This document shows, piece after piece, positions 45,709 to 54,976 of a stretch of 54,976 nt of DNA. The notes below the pieces were generated by a model that saw only the letters and a list, made by a program, of their open reading frames with translations, was not told the DNA's origin and ran no database searches. Positions within the stretch are counted from its first letter, which is position 1. Each line of letters starts with the position of its first letter. The position numbers and the translations under genes were made by a program. Source of the DNA: Acidobacteriota bacterium. GTDB taxonomy: Bacteria > Acidobacteriota > Blastocatellia > RBC074. Location: positions 1-54,976 of the forward strand of contig JAYSVR010000186.1 of the NCBI GenBank assembly GCA_043718445.1. Reading direction: 5' to 3'.

Positions 45709-46953
45709 TTAAATTAGGTGGCTCAACAAACCGTCACGCAGCTTAGGTTCAAACCACGTAGATTTCGGCGGCATGATTTCGCCTGCGTCGGATACGTTCA
45801 TCAGGTCGTCGAGCGTCGTCGCGTAAAGCGAAAAGGCGACGGCGGCCTGGCCTGCGTTGACGAGCTTCTCGAGTTCCGCCGTACCGCGAATGCCTCCGAC
45901 GAATTGAATGCGGCGATCAGTGCGCGGGTCTTGAATACCCAACACGGGCGCGAGCAAATGGTCTTGCAATACGCTCACGTCCAAACGGTCGGCTGTTCGC
46001 TCTGGGGCACGCAGCCTTTGCGTCACGTCGCTGCGCAGCTTTAAGCCATACCAGCGACCTTCGAGATACATCGCAAACCGATGCGGTTGATCGGGCGCAG
46101 GCGCGGCGTTTTCGGTCACATCGAAATCGCTTTGAATCATCGTGAGAAAATCAGCAGGCGTATGTCCGTTCAAGTCAGTCACCGCGCGGTTGTAAGCCAG
46201 AATCCTTAACTGTTCGGCGGGAAACAATACGCCCTGAAAGAAGTTGTATTCCTCTGCGCCGCTATGTTCGGCATTCGCGGCACGCAAGGTTTCGCGCGAA
46301 CGGCTGGCGCTTTTGGCGCGATGGTGTCCGTCGGCGATATAAAAATTCGCCACGCTGCCAAAGGCTTCGGCAAAGGCCGCATTGGCCGCAGGCGTGACGT
46401 GCCAGATCGTATGCCGCACGCCATCCGCTGCCGTGAAATCAAAGAGCGGCGCGTTGGCGGTGTGTTCGTTGACCAGCACGTTGATCGCATCGGTTCCGCG
46501 ATAAGCCAGAAAGACCGGGCCGGTTTGCGCACGCAAACTCAGCATGTGGCGCGTGCGGTCATCCTCTTTGTATTGCGTCGTGCGTTCGTGTTTGAGAATC
46601 ACATCGTTGTCGTATTCATCCACCGAACAACACGTGACCAGTCCGGTTTGTATCTGTTCGCCCATCTGCAAACGGTAAAGATAAAAGCTCGGCTCGTCTT
46701 CGATGATCAAAGGCGCTGTTTGCATCAGCCGGTCGAAATTCGCCGCCGCCTGCGCGTAAACAGCTTCGCTATAAACATCTGTGCCCGCAGGCAATTCGAT
46801 TTCAGGACGCGATACGCGCAAAAAACTGAGCGCGTTGCCCTCGGCAAGTTGCGCCGCTTCGGCGGAATTCACTACGTCATAAGGTACGGCGGAAACTTCA
46901 GCGGCGCGCTCCGGTAAGGGCCGCAACGCGCGAAAAGGTTTAACAATAGCCAC
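45709..46953 (-). CDS. DUF1015 family protein
   Basis: MAIVKPFRALRPLPERAAEVSAVPYDVV... is the canonical DUF1015 N-terminus. ADGHHR motif. Confidence 0.85.
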   Translation of the reverse strand: MAIVKPFRALRPLPERAAEVSAVPYDVVNSAEAAQLAEGNALSFLRVSRPEIELPAGTDVYSEAVYAQAAANFDRLMQTAPLIIEDEPSFYLYRLQMGEQIQTGLVTCCSVDEYDNDVILKHERTTQYKEDDRTRHMLSLRAQTGPVFLAYRGTDAINVLVNEHTANAPLFDFTAADGVRHTIWHVTPAANAAFAEAFGSVANFYIADGHHRAKSASRSRETLRAANAEHSGAEEYNFFQGVLFPAEQLRILAYNRAVTDLNGHTPADFLTMIQSDFDVTENAAPAPDQPHRFAMYLEGRWYGLKLRSDVTQRLRAPERTADRLDVSVLQDHLLAPVLGIQDPRTDRRIQFVGGIRGTAELEKLVNAGQAAVAFSLYATTLDDLMNVSDAGEIMPPKSTWFEPKLRDGLLSHLI

Positions 46954-47090
46954 GAAAAAAATGCTCCTTCAGAAAATGCCTTCAGAAAATAGATGATGAG
47001 GTGAGTAAAAAGTAAGCCAGATAATAAACCATCGTTTCAGACTTGCCTACGCCTTGCCTACTGACGCGGCAGAAAATACATTGCGAAGCC

Positions 47091-48263
47091 ATGAACCAAC
47101 TTGCTCAATCAAGGCGCGTCGCCGCCGTGCAATCGCCCATCATCCCCGTCGTCGCCGAACTCATCCGCCAAAACCCCGGCACGATTTCACTGGGGCAAGG
47201 CGTAGTTTCCTATCCGCCTCCGCCAGCGGCTTTTGCGCAAGTTGCACGTTTGGCTGAACAGCCTGAGTTGAATAAATACCAAGCCGTTCATGGCATTCCT
47301 GAACTGCTCGCGGCCATTGCGCACAAGCACGAAAACGAAAACGGCTTTGCGATTAACGCGACCAATCGCATTGTCGTGACAGCGGGCGGCAACATGGCTT
47401 TTATGAATGCCGTGCTGGCGATTTGCGACGCGGGCGACGAAGTCATTCTGCCTGTGCCTTATTATTTCAATCACGAAATGGCGCTGACGATGATTGGCGC
47501 GCGCGCCGTATGCGTGCCGACCGATGCGAACTACCAACTCGACCTTGATGCGTTGCGCGCGGCGATTACGCCCCAGACCAAGGCCATCGTGACGGTTTCG
47601 CCGAACAATCCGACCGGCGCGGTTTACCCAGAATCCGCCTTGCGCGCCGTCAACGCGCTGTGCCGTGAACGCGGTCTCTATCACATCAGCGACGAAGCCT
47701 ATGAGTATTTCGTTTACGAACCGGCGCACCATTTTTCCGCCGCTTCGATTGATGACAGCGCGGCGCATACCATCTCGTTGTATTCGCTTTCAAAGGCGTA
47801 TGGCTTTGCCAGTTGGCGCATTGGCTGGATGGTGATTCCCGCCCACCTCGCCGAAGCCGTCAACAAAGTGCAAGACACGATCTTGATTTGTCCACCTGTC
47901 GCTTCGCAGTTCGCCGCTGTCGGAGCAATGCAAGCGGGCGAACTTTTCCGCCGCGACAAACTGGCTTCGCTCGCGGCGGTACGCGAAACGGTCATGAAAG
48001 AATTGTCGAGCCTCAGCGACCTTTGCGTCGTGCCGCCTGCTGACGGAGCGTTTTATTTCTTCCTGCGACTCAATACGCTCACGCCGCCGCTCGAATTGGT
48101 GCAACGACTCGTCCGGGAACATCATGTCGCGGTCATTCCTGGCTCCGCTTTTGGCGTAAGCGATGCGACCTATCTGCGCGTTTCTTACGGAGCTTTGCAA
48201 CCCGAAGCCGTCACCGCAGGCATAGGCCGTTTGGTGAAAGGTTTGCGCTCCTTGTTGGGATGA
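47091..48263 (+). CDS. PLP-dependent aminotransferase, class I/II
   Basis: NNPTGAVY and YSLSKAYGFASWRIGW (Lys motif). C-terminus contains LRVSYG. The ATG at 47091 is preferred. Confidence 0.85.
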   Translation: MNQLAQSRRVAAVQSPIIPVVAELIRQNPGTISLGQGVVSYPPPPAAFAQVARLAEQPELNKYQAVHGIPELLAAIAHKHENENGFAINATNRIVVTAGGNMAFMNAVLAICDAGDEVILPVPYYFNHEMALTMIGARAVCVPTDANYQLDLDALRAAITPQTKAIVTVSPNNPTGAVYPESALRAVNALCRERGLYHISDEAYEYFVYEPAHHFSAASIDDSAAHTISLYSLSKAYGFASWRIGWMVIPAHLAEAVNKVQDTILICPPVASQFAAVGAMQAGELFRRDKLASLAAVRETVMKELSSLSDLCVVPPADGAFYFFLRLNTLTPPLELVQRLVREHHVAVIPGSAFGVSDATYLRVSYGALQPEAVTAGIGRLVKGLRSLLG

Positions 48264-48349
48264 TGTTGGCATAGACATACGTATTGACCAGTCTGTGGTC
48301 AGCCCGTACCATTGCCGCCGTTTCAAATCTTGCTAAACCCGTTGCCCTT

Positions 48350-48853
48350 ATGAATACACAACTCGCTCCGCTCACCGAGACGGAAATCCCCGACAAACTC
48401 TTTTTCAAGATCGGCGAAGTATGCGATCTGGTCGCCGTACAGGCCCACGTGCTGCGTTATTGGGAATCTGAATTTCCGTCCTTTCAACCGCAAAAAAATC
48501 GTGCCGGTCAGCGCACCTATCGTCGCAAAGACGTAGAGATGGCGCTGCGTATCAAGACCCTGCTTTACGGCGAAGGCTTCACGATCGCCGGAGCCAAACG
48601 CAAACTCTCGACTGAAGGACGTGCCAACGCGCCGCGTCTTAAGATCGTTCCGCCGAACGCGACGATTGAAACGTTGATGGAAGACGAAGACGGTGGCCGG
48701 ATGATTGCGGAAGCAGCGACTTTTCAGCCCGTAGCCGAACCCGCTGCTCCTGTTACTCGCGCCGCCACACGCGCATCAAGCGACGGCCTGCAACGCCTGA
48801 AGTTCCAACTTGAGGACATATTGACAACACTGAACGCCAATGTGTTAGAGTGA
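48350..48853 (+). CDS. MerR family transcriptional regulator
   Basis: HTH segment [69 protein letters not shown]. Confidence 0.8.
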   Translation: MNTQLAPLTETEIPDKLFFKIGEVCDLVAVQAHVLRYWESEFPSFQPQKNRAGQRTYRRKDVEMALRIKTLLYGEGFTIAGAKRKLSTEGRANAPRLKIVPPNATIETLMEDEDGGRMIAEAATFQPVAEPAAPVTRAATRASSDGLQRLKFQLEDILTTLNANVLE

Positions 48854-48882
48854 CCTCGCTTTCAAAAAAGCAGCAGTAAATA

Positions 48883-48956
48883 CGGGACGTGGCGCAGCCT
48901 GGTAGCGCGCCTGCTTGGGGTGCAGGAGGCCGTGAGTTCGAATCTCGCCGTCCCGA
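48883..48956 (+). tRNA. tRNA-Pro (anticodon GGG)
   Basis: Cloverleaf folded by hand. Acceptor cgggacg/cgtcccg, D stem gcgc/gcgc, anticodon stem cctgc/gcagg with loop ttGGGgt, T arm gtgag-ttcgaat-ctcgc, discriminator A. CCA is not encoded. Confidence 0.9.
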
Positions 48957-48996
48957 CTTTTCAAACTGATGTCAGTTCTTCATATCGGTTAATATC

Positions 48997-49040
48997 AAAT
49001 GGCCTTCGGAGTTGACTTAAACGCGCCGAAGGCCATTTTT
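48997..49040 (+). terminator. Hairpin (13-bp stem) plus T-run downstream of tRNA-Pro
   Basis: aaatggccttcgg-N16-ccgaaggccattt followed by ttc. Confidence 0.55.
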
Positions 49041-49083
49041 CTATCTCAAGCTGTTCCCCCCTCATTTTTCATCAACTAAACGA

Positions 49084-49796
49084 ATGCCGACTCATTCAGA
49101 GATTGCTGAGTTCATCTGGAAGATCGCCAAAGAATACCTGACGCAGGAATGGGGGCTGACGCCTTCCAACGTGTTTCTTTACGGACAGGAATTGCGCGAG
49201 AAAACCTACGCAATTTGTAAAGCCGATGCGTTGATGAAAGGCGACGACGCCAGCCGCATCAAGCGAGGCAACACGCTTTCACACGATCAACTGCCGGGGC
49301 AGCAATTCAATTTCATGCTGGCCAATCCTGAGTTCGGCACTGACTGGAAAAAGATTCAGGACAGGATCAAAAGCGAAGCCGAGCGCGGCTTTGACGGACG
49401 CTTTGGCGCGGGGCTGCCTGACGTAGGCGATGCTTCGTTGCTCTTCCTGCTGCATATGATGGACAAGATGATGCCGCGCGAAAAAGGCGGCAGCGTGATC
49501 GGCATCGTCTTCAACGGTTCGCCGCTGTTTAATGGCGATGCGGGGTCGGGCTGGTCTGACATTCGTAAATGGATCATCGAAAACGACTGGCTGGATGCCA
49601 TCGTCGCTTTGCCCGAAGACATGTTTTACAACACGAACATCGCCACCTATTTGTGGATCGTGCGTAACAACAAGCCAGCACACCGGCAAGGCCGCATCAT
49701 GCTCATCAACGGCAATCAGGAACGCTTTCGTACGCTACTCAGGCGCAATCTGGGCAAGAAGCGCGTCGAACGACGGGTTTCAATCCGGCGCATCGC
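49084..49796 (+). pseudogene. hsdM: Type I restriction-modification methyltransferase subunit (HsdM) remnant, N-terminally truncated, with a degenerate catalytic motif
   Basis: YGQELREKTYAICKADALMKGDDA...FMLANPEFGTDWKK...GRFGAGLP...SLLFLLHMMDKM...IVFNGSPLFNGDAGSG..IRKWIIENDWLDAIVALPEDMFYNTNIATYLWIV. The N-terminal domain and the AdoMet motif I are missing. NPPF has become NPEF. Confidence 0.75.
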
Positions 49797-51716
49797 GTGC
49801 GTTACAAAGCCAATCGTTTCGCCGTCATCCGCCAGTTTCATTACAGCCGCGATAAAGCCCACGACAGCCTTGATCTGGTGATTTTGCTCAAAGGCCTGCC
49901 GCTCATCACGCTCGAAGCCAAAAACGAATTCACCGGGTCAACGTGGCAACACGCCGAGCAACAGTATCGCAAAGACCGCAGCGCGAATGATGCCTTCCTC
50001 AAAGCCTGCCTCGTGCATTTTGCCGTAGACAACACGACCGTCTCGATGACCACGAGGCTGGAAAACGGCAAGACGCGCTTCGACCCTTTCAATTGAGAAT
50101 TGAAAAATCCGCCCATCGCGGACAAGTGACGCTTCGTCATATTTGTGGGAAGAGATTCTGCAAGCCGACAGTTTGCTCGACTTGCTGCAAAACTTTTTGC
50201 ACCTCGAAGACGTGCGCGACGAGGCGACCGGCAAGGTGAAAAAGAAACTGACCTTTCCGCGTTATCACCAACTCGACGCCGTGCGAAAGCTGCTGGCTGA
50301 AGCGCGCCAACGCGGCGCGGGCGAAAACTATTTGATTCAGCACAGCGCCGGTTCAGGCAAGTCGAACACTATCGGCTGGCTGGCGCATCAACTCTCAAAC
50401 CTGTTCAACGAAAAGAACGAACTGATTTTCGACAGCGTCATCATCATCACCGACCGGCAAGTGCTGGATAAGCAGTTGCAAGAGACCGTCAAGCAATTCG
50501 AGAAGACGGCAGGCGTCGTGCAGAAAATTGACAAGGATACGAAACAGTTGATGCGGGCGCTGAAAAACGGCTACGCCCAAGCCAAAGACGCTGGAAGTCT
50601 TCGCACGCAAACGCGAGCCTTATCACACTTACACCATGCGGCAAGCTATTGAGGAAGGCTACATTCTCGGCGTGCTGCAAAGTTACACGACCTATGTGAC
50701 TTACTTTGAGTTGATCGAAAACGAAAAGGCTCCGCCGGGTTATGAAGTCGAAACGGCAAAAGGCCGCCGCTTGCTGTTGCGGCACGTCGGCAAGCATCCG
50801 CACACCATCGAGAGCAAAGCCAAAATCATGCTTGATCATTTCTTCAGCAAAACCGTTCACAAGATCGGCTTATGGCAAGACCAGTCTTGACCGCAGCACC
50901 GATCCGCAAAAGATTTACAACCTGAAATACGAAGTCGAAGAGATGGGCGTTTTCGCGCAAGCCGAGTTGGACGAGTTCGGCAAGCTGTTCATCCTGCAAA
51001 AAGCGTCGGGGCCGAAGATCAGCGCGTTGTTCACGAAAATCGTCAAAGGCCGCTTCGCTACGCTCACGCCCGATGAACAGGAACAATTCCGCGATGCCGC
51101 GCGCCGTTACGTCAGCCAGTACGTTTTTATCAGCCAGATTCTCACCACCGTAGATGTCGAGTTGGAAAAGTTCTACCTCTTCACCAAGCTGTTGCTGAAA
51201 TACCTGCCGCCTAAGAAAGAAGTGTTGCCCGAAGAAATCATAGACATGGTAGACATGGAGAAGTTCCGGTTACAGGAACAGGAAAACGGCAGCATCTTGC
51301 TGAATCCCGGCGACGTGGAATTGGAGAATCTGCAAGGCGATGGACACAAAGGCAAATACGTTTTTGAGCGCGAGCCACTGCAAGTGGTAGTGCAGGAATT
51401 AAACGAACGCTTCCAATTTGATTTTGAAGACCGCGATAAAGTCGTAAAGATCGTCGTTCCCAAACTGGTGAAAGACGAAGGTCTCAAGGCGGCCTTTCAA
51501 ACTGACAATCTCGAATCGTTACGCCGCCAGAAATTCAGCGCCAGTTTGGAAGATGCGTTAATCGCCAGCGCCAGCGATTTTTACGGCGTGTTGAATCGAA
51601 TGTATGAACAGCCCGATTTCAAGCAACTGTTTGAAGAATTCGTGCTGGGCGAATTCAGGCGAGGTTTGGAAGCAAAAGAGGTCGCGGTAGTTTCATCAGA
51701 GTTGAGCTTTCCTTAA
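49797..51716 (+). pseudogene. hsdR: Type I restriction enzyme R subunit (HsdR) remnant, split over at least 4 frames or fragments with large internal deletions
   Basis: HSDR_N-like DLVILLKGLPLITLEAKNEF. In-frame TGA at 50094-50096. Motif I LIQHSAGSGKSNT. The frame then jumps to PKPKTLEVFARKREPYHTYTMRQAIEEGYILGVLQSYTTY, with the DEAH region absent. Another jump leads to the C-terminal ...IYNLKYEVEEMGVFAQAELDEF... domain. Confidence 0.75.
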
Positions 51717-51726
51717 ATACGGAAGA

Positions 51727-51820
51727 GAGAGTACGGAACAGACGGAAATAACGGAACAAACGGAAAAGAAACACGGGAAACTTCCGTCTGTTCTGTTATT
51801 TCCGTCTGTTCCGTATTCTC
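51727..51820. repeat. Long imperfect hairpin repeat (39-bp arms, 16-nt loop) built from reiterated cggaaca/gacggaa motifs
   Basis: gagagtacggaacagacggaaataacggaacaaacggaa pairs with ttccgtctgttctgttatttccgtctgttccgtattctc, with 3 transition mismatches. Confidence 0.9.
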
Positions 51821-51982
51821 AAAAAGTCTCGGCTGAAAACGCAATCTATGACCGTTCGCGGTATACCATGAAAAACGCCTTACGCATAAATTCTTCTTGG
51901 TTAAAGGTAAAAGCGAGTTGTATCGTTTTAGGGCGTAGCCTTCAACCCATTCGACAACCGCTTTATGAAAATTACACACGCA

Positions 51983-54976
51983 TCATTGCTTAGGGGTAAG
52001 CCCATTCGATAGCCGTTTGTAATATTCGCCGACCAACTGGCGATAACGCTCCGGCGCTTCGCCTTCGTTGGCTAAACGTAAGTTGTTCTTGCCCAACTTG
52101 GCTTGTACGCGTTTGCTCAGTTCGTTTTCGATGTTGCGCAGCGGATCAATCACCTGCGTCTTGAGCAGGCCCGCCGTGCGAATGTCATCGCGCAACATCG
52201 CATCAGCGGCTTCGCGCATGCCTTGAATCGCCTGATCGAGTTGGCCGGTGATTTCGCGGTCGCCGCTCATGCTGCGACGCAACTCTTCGGCTTCGCGCAA
52301 ACGTTCGCGCAACTCGGCTGCGGTTTGACGACGTTCTTCACCGCGTTCACCACCGCGCGGCATTCCTCCGCCGCCCACCATCGGCATCCCTTGTTGATTG
52401 GGCGAACCCTGCTGGCGTTCACCATTCTGTCCCTGACCGCCGCCCTGATTGCGTCCACCGGCTTGACCACCGCCACCTTGACCTTGTTGTTGCCCTTGTC
52501 CCTGACCTTGTCCTTGTTGACCTTGTCCCTGACCTTGCCCTTGTCCTTGTTGACCTTGTTGTTGTCCCTGTCCTCGGCCTTGCTGACCTTGTTGTTGTCC
52601 TTGCCCCTGTCCTTGCTGTCCTTGCCCTTGTCCTCGACCTTGCTGACCTTGTTGTTGTCCCTGTCCTTGACCTTGCTGACCTTGTTGTTGGCCTTGTCCC
52701 TGTCCTTGCTGACCTTGTTGTTGGCCTTGTCCCTGTCCTTGCTGACCTTGTTGTTGGCCTTGTCCCTGTCCTTGCTGCTGTTTATTTTGCTGTCCTTGTT
52801 GTTGGCCTTGTCCCTGTCCTTGCTGCTGTTTATTTTGCTGTCCTTGTTGACGCCCACCTTGTTGTTGACCCTGCTGCTGCCCACTTTGCTGGCCTTGTTG
52901 GTTCTGTCCGTTTGGTTGGCCTTGCTGATTTCGTCCTTGCTGCTGGCCTTGCTGACCTTGATTATTCATCCGGCGAGTCAGTGATTCTAAGTTGTCAGCG
53001 AGTTTGCGCGCGCGGTCGAGGTTATCCTGATTTTTGTCGCCGCTGCTGCCCGGCTTGCCCGCGTTCTTCTGTGCTTCGTCCAGAGTTTGCGCAACTTGAT
53101 CGAGGTTTTGCTGAATCATCTTGTCGCCCTGATTGGCGATGTCGAATTGATTTTGCTGCACCATGCTTCGCGTAGCCCGCACGCGATCCTCTACGCGATT
53201 GCCGCGCAGTTCACCCGCCGCCTGCCGCAACTTATTCGAAGCGCCTTGCTGTTCCTGTCCCGTCGAACGCGCCGCCTGATCTATGTCTTTGCCCAGACTG
53301 TTAAGGTCGTTGGCGAGCGCGTCTTTCTTTTCGCCGAGTTGGGCTTTGGTGTCTTGCCCGACTTGCTGGCCTGAACGCTGTTTGCCCGCGAGGTCTTCGG
53401 TTTGTTTTTGAATCTCGCGCTGCTTTGAAGCTGCGTTCGCCGCGCGTTGCGCGAGGTCTTTGACCGATTGTCCGTTCTGGCCTGATTGCAGCTTGTTCAT
53501 CTGGCGTTGCGCTTCTTCGATCTTTTCGAGCGCACGCATGCTGTTGGCGACTTGTTCTTGCGCGTTGTTCCCAGCGGCTTGCGACTTTTGCATGTCGTCC
53601 GCCGCTTGATTCAGCTTTTGCGCCAACTGCTGCAATTCCGGCTGACGGCGTTCGCGCGAAAGACGTTCGAGTTCACGCGCGAGCTTTTTCGCTTCGTCAA
53701 TCATTTGTTGCTGTTGGCGTCCGCCACCACCGCCGCCGCCCTTTTGCTGCTGGCCTTGTTGCGCACGTTGCTGTTGTTGTTCAAGTTCTTTTTGCTGGCG
53801 GCGAGCGAGTTCTTCGAGCTTGCGCTTGGCCTCGTCTTCCTGCTGCTGGCCTTGCTGTTTCTGTTCGCGCTGGATGGTTTCGTATTGGTTCTTCTTCTTG
53901 TCCATCTCGAGTTCAAACAGATCCGCGAGTTCCTCTGCGCGTTGACTGCCTTGTCCTTGCCCGCTTTCTTGTTGAGCGACTTGAATCTCGCGGAAGATCG
54001 CATCGGCGCGCAACAGGTTTTGCAAAGCACGCTGTTCGGCGGGCAGCGCACCTTTGGCGTTCTTGCCTTTGAGCAAGGGAATCGCCACTTCCATCTCTTT
54101 GACGGCTTGCGTCATGTATTCAATCAACTTGCCGAAATCGCTGTTCGGATCAAGGTTGTTGCCCATGCGGCGCTTGATGCGTTCGATCACTTGATTGGTG
54201 GCGTCGCGCAATTTCTCTTGCCCCAAAGAGATCGTGTTGTAATTCTCAGTCTTCTCCTGTTCGTTATAACGCTCTTCTTCACGAATTACGCGAAACGTAG
54301 CCGCGATCAATTCCTTCTGCTGCTTGCTCAGCGCGTTTTGCTGTTCGCCGCCCGCGCCGCCTCCGCCACCGGCCTGTTGCGATTGCTTGAAGTCTTTCTC
54401 GAACGGTTTGATTTCGATGAAGTAAATGTCGCTCGTCGTCTCGTGCCGCGCGTCGCGGGCTTTGGCGTAGTAAGAAAGGAAATCGCCCGGCTGCAAACCG
54501 TACTCTTCCAAAAAGATCGTATGCGCGCCGCTCAACGATTTGGCGGCTTCGCGTTGCAGGTTTTGCAATTCGACTTTCTTCTCTTCGCCGCCGTTGACCG
54601 AGATATACATTTCGAGCGACGACACGCCGTAATCGTCTTCGGCTTTGGCTTGCGAGAAAATTTCTTCGACGCTGGTCGCGCGCGTATCGCGTCCCGGTTT
54701 CTCAAACGTCACCACTGGCGGCTGGTCTTCGAGCACGACGATGTCGTATTCGTTCGAGCCGTTATAAACATCGCCGTCCACGCTGGTGAGTTCGATGTGA
54801 TAGCTCGAAGCCTTCGTCACGTTGATCGTGCCCGCCATAATCAACGCGCCGTCTTCGGTGTTCTCGGCTTGCATGTCCAGCTTCGTGCCGTCTTTCAACA
54901 CAATGCGCGCACTCTTAGCGCGATGCGTCAGATAAGCCATCACGCGCACGCTCGTACCCGCCAACGCCGCAATCTC
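51983..54976 (-). CDS. Large coiled-coil / low-complexity protein (partial, N-terminus outside the window), possibly DUF4175-like
   Basis: The frame is open to the window edge. An N-terminal beta-rich part (VVTFEKPGRDTRATSVEEIF...) is followed by long E/K/Q-rich coiled coil and a ~180-aa Gln/Gly tract. The family assignment is from memory only. Confidence 0.8.
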   Translation of the reverse strand, partial: EIAALAGTSVRVMAYLTHRAKSARIVLKDGTKLDMQAENTEDGALIMAGTINVTKASSYHIELTSVDGDVYNGSNEYDIVVLEDQPPVVTFEKPGRDTRATSVEEIFSQAKAEDDYGVSSLEMYISVNGGEEKKVELQNLQREAAKSLSGAHTIFLEEYGLQPGDFLSYYAKARDARHETTSDIYFIEIKPFEKDFKQSQQAGGGGGAGGEQQNALSKQQKELIAATFRVIREEERYNEQEKTENYNTISLGQEKLRDATNQVIERIKRRMGNNLDPNSDFGKLIEYMTQAVKEMEVAIPLLKGKNAKGALPAEQRALQNLLRADAIFREIQVAQQESGQGQGSQRAEELADLFELEMDKKKNQYETIQREQKQQGQQQEDEAKRKLEELARRQQKELEQQQQRAQQGQQQKGGGGGGGRQQQQMIDEAKKLARELERLSRERRQPELQQLAQKLNQAADDMQKSQAAGNNAQEQVANSMRALEKIEEAQRQMNKLQSGQNGQSVKDLAQRAANAASKQREIQKQTEDLAGKQRSGQQVGQDTKAQLGEKKDALANDLNSLGKDIDQAARSTGQEQQGASNKLRQAAGELRGNRVEDRVRATRSMVQQNQFDIANQGDKMIQQNLDQVAQTLDEAQKNAGKPGSSGDKNQDNLDRARKLADNLESLTRRMNNQGQQGQQQGRNQQGQPNGQNQQGQQSGQQQGQQQGGRQQGQQNKQQQGQGQGQQQGQQNKQQQGQGQGQQQGQQGQGQGQQQGQQGQGQGQQQGQQGQGQGQQQGQQGRGQGQGQQGQGQGQQQGQQGRGQGQQQGQQGQGQGQGQGQQGQGQGQGQQQGQGGGGQAGGRNQGGGQGQNGERQQGSPNQQGMPMVGGGGMPRGGERGEERRQTAAELRERLREAEELRRSMSGDREITGQLDQAIQGMREAADAMLRDDIRTAGLLKTQVIDPLRNIENELSKRVQAKLGKNNLRLANEGEAPERYRQLVGEYYKRLSNGLTPKQ
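52420..52975 (-). repeat. Coding tandem repeats (Gln/Gly-rich), including 3 perfect 33-nt units and ~1.6 copies of a 48-nt unit
   Basis: Plus-strand unit ctgaccttgttgttggccttgtccctgtccttg occurs at 52676-52708, 52709-52741 and 52742-52774. The 48-nt unit ctgctgtttattttgctgtccttgttgttggccttgtccctgtccttg lies at 52775-52822, followed by a partial copy. Confidence 0.9.

Noticed and set aside
51713-51979. 88-aa minus-strand ORF
   Set aside because: Half of it is a translation of the hairpin repeat (TEQTEITEQTE). It has no start context or motifs.
48957-51980. Intact integrative element at tRNA-Pro (integrase plus att repeat)
   Set aside because: No integrase-like ORF was found. I found no copy of the tRNA 3' end (ttcgaatctcgccgtcccg) downstream within the window. 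Only decayed RM fragments remain.
52103-52984. 293-aa plus-strand Leu/Ser-rich ORF, and the 205-aa minus-strand ORF at 52267-52884
   Set aside because: Both are alternative-frame or antisense readings of the Gln/Gly repeat tract. Only the long minus-strand frame is continuous with the flanking non-repetitive coding sequence.

Overview
About 55 kb of chromosome from a moderately GC-rich bacterium. The gene content looks Acidobacteria-like, but this is inference from family types only: a TIGR03437-like C-terminal domain, a TonB-dependent receptor ending in the ...LKLYF barrel terminus, a TIGR02999-type ECF sigma factor and ribosomal protein bTHX. I support about 40 protein genes, one tRNA-Pro(GGG), several strong hairpin terminators and no CRISPR array. 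The layout from start to end is as follows. (1) 0.9-10.6 kb holds three very large secreted repeat proteins. Two of them are tandem paralogues that share unrecognised central and C-terminal domains around SdrD/Cna-B-like repeats. (2) 11-18 kb holds an amidohydrolase, a Tat-signal alkaline-phosphatase-like protein, an N-terminally truncated TonB-dependent receptor and a TPR protein. (3) 18.1-19.4 kb holds an orphan two-gene cassette bracketed by long hairpin repeats. (4) Next come lpxD, xerD, an arylsulfatase, a decayed GNAT gene and mscL. (5) 24.3-30.6 kb is a co-directional block: a TIR-TPR protein, a membrane protein with surface Ig-like domains, cutC, an extended sigma-70-family factor and a zf-HC2 anti-sigma factor. 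(6) 30.7-48.9 kb is mostly metabolic or housekeeping: an M20 peptidase, AlaX, bTHX, a Nudix-MBL fusion, an ECF sigma factor, a Uma2 nuclease, a PQQ/cytochrome c dehydrogenase, a PLP decarboxylase, a cyclase, PPK2, a dienelactone hydrolase, DUF1015, an aminotransferase and a MerR regulator. (7) tRNA-Pro is followed by a heavily decayed type I restriction-modification remnant with hsdM and hsdR fragments and no hsdS. (8) The window ends inside a large coiled-coil protein with a perfect-repeat Gln/Gly-rich tract. The best candidate for an undescribed system is the TIR-TPR plus membrane Ig-domain gene pair at 24.3-27.2 kb. The next best are the paralogous giant secreted proteins at 0.9-7.0 kb and the hairpin-flanked cassette at 18.4-19.2 kb. 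All functional calls rest on motif recognition by eye. No database search was run.
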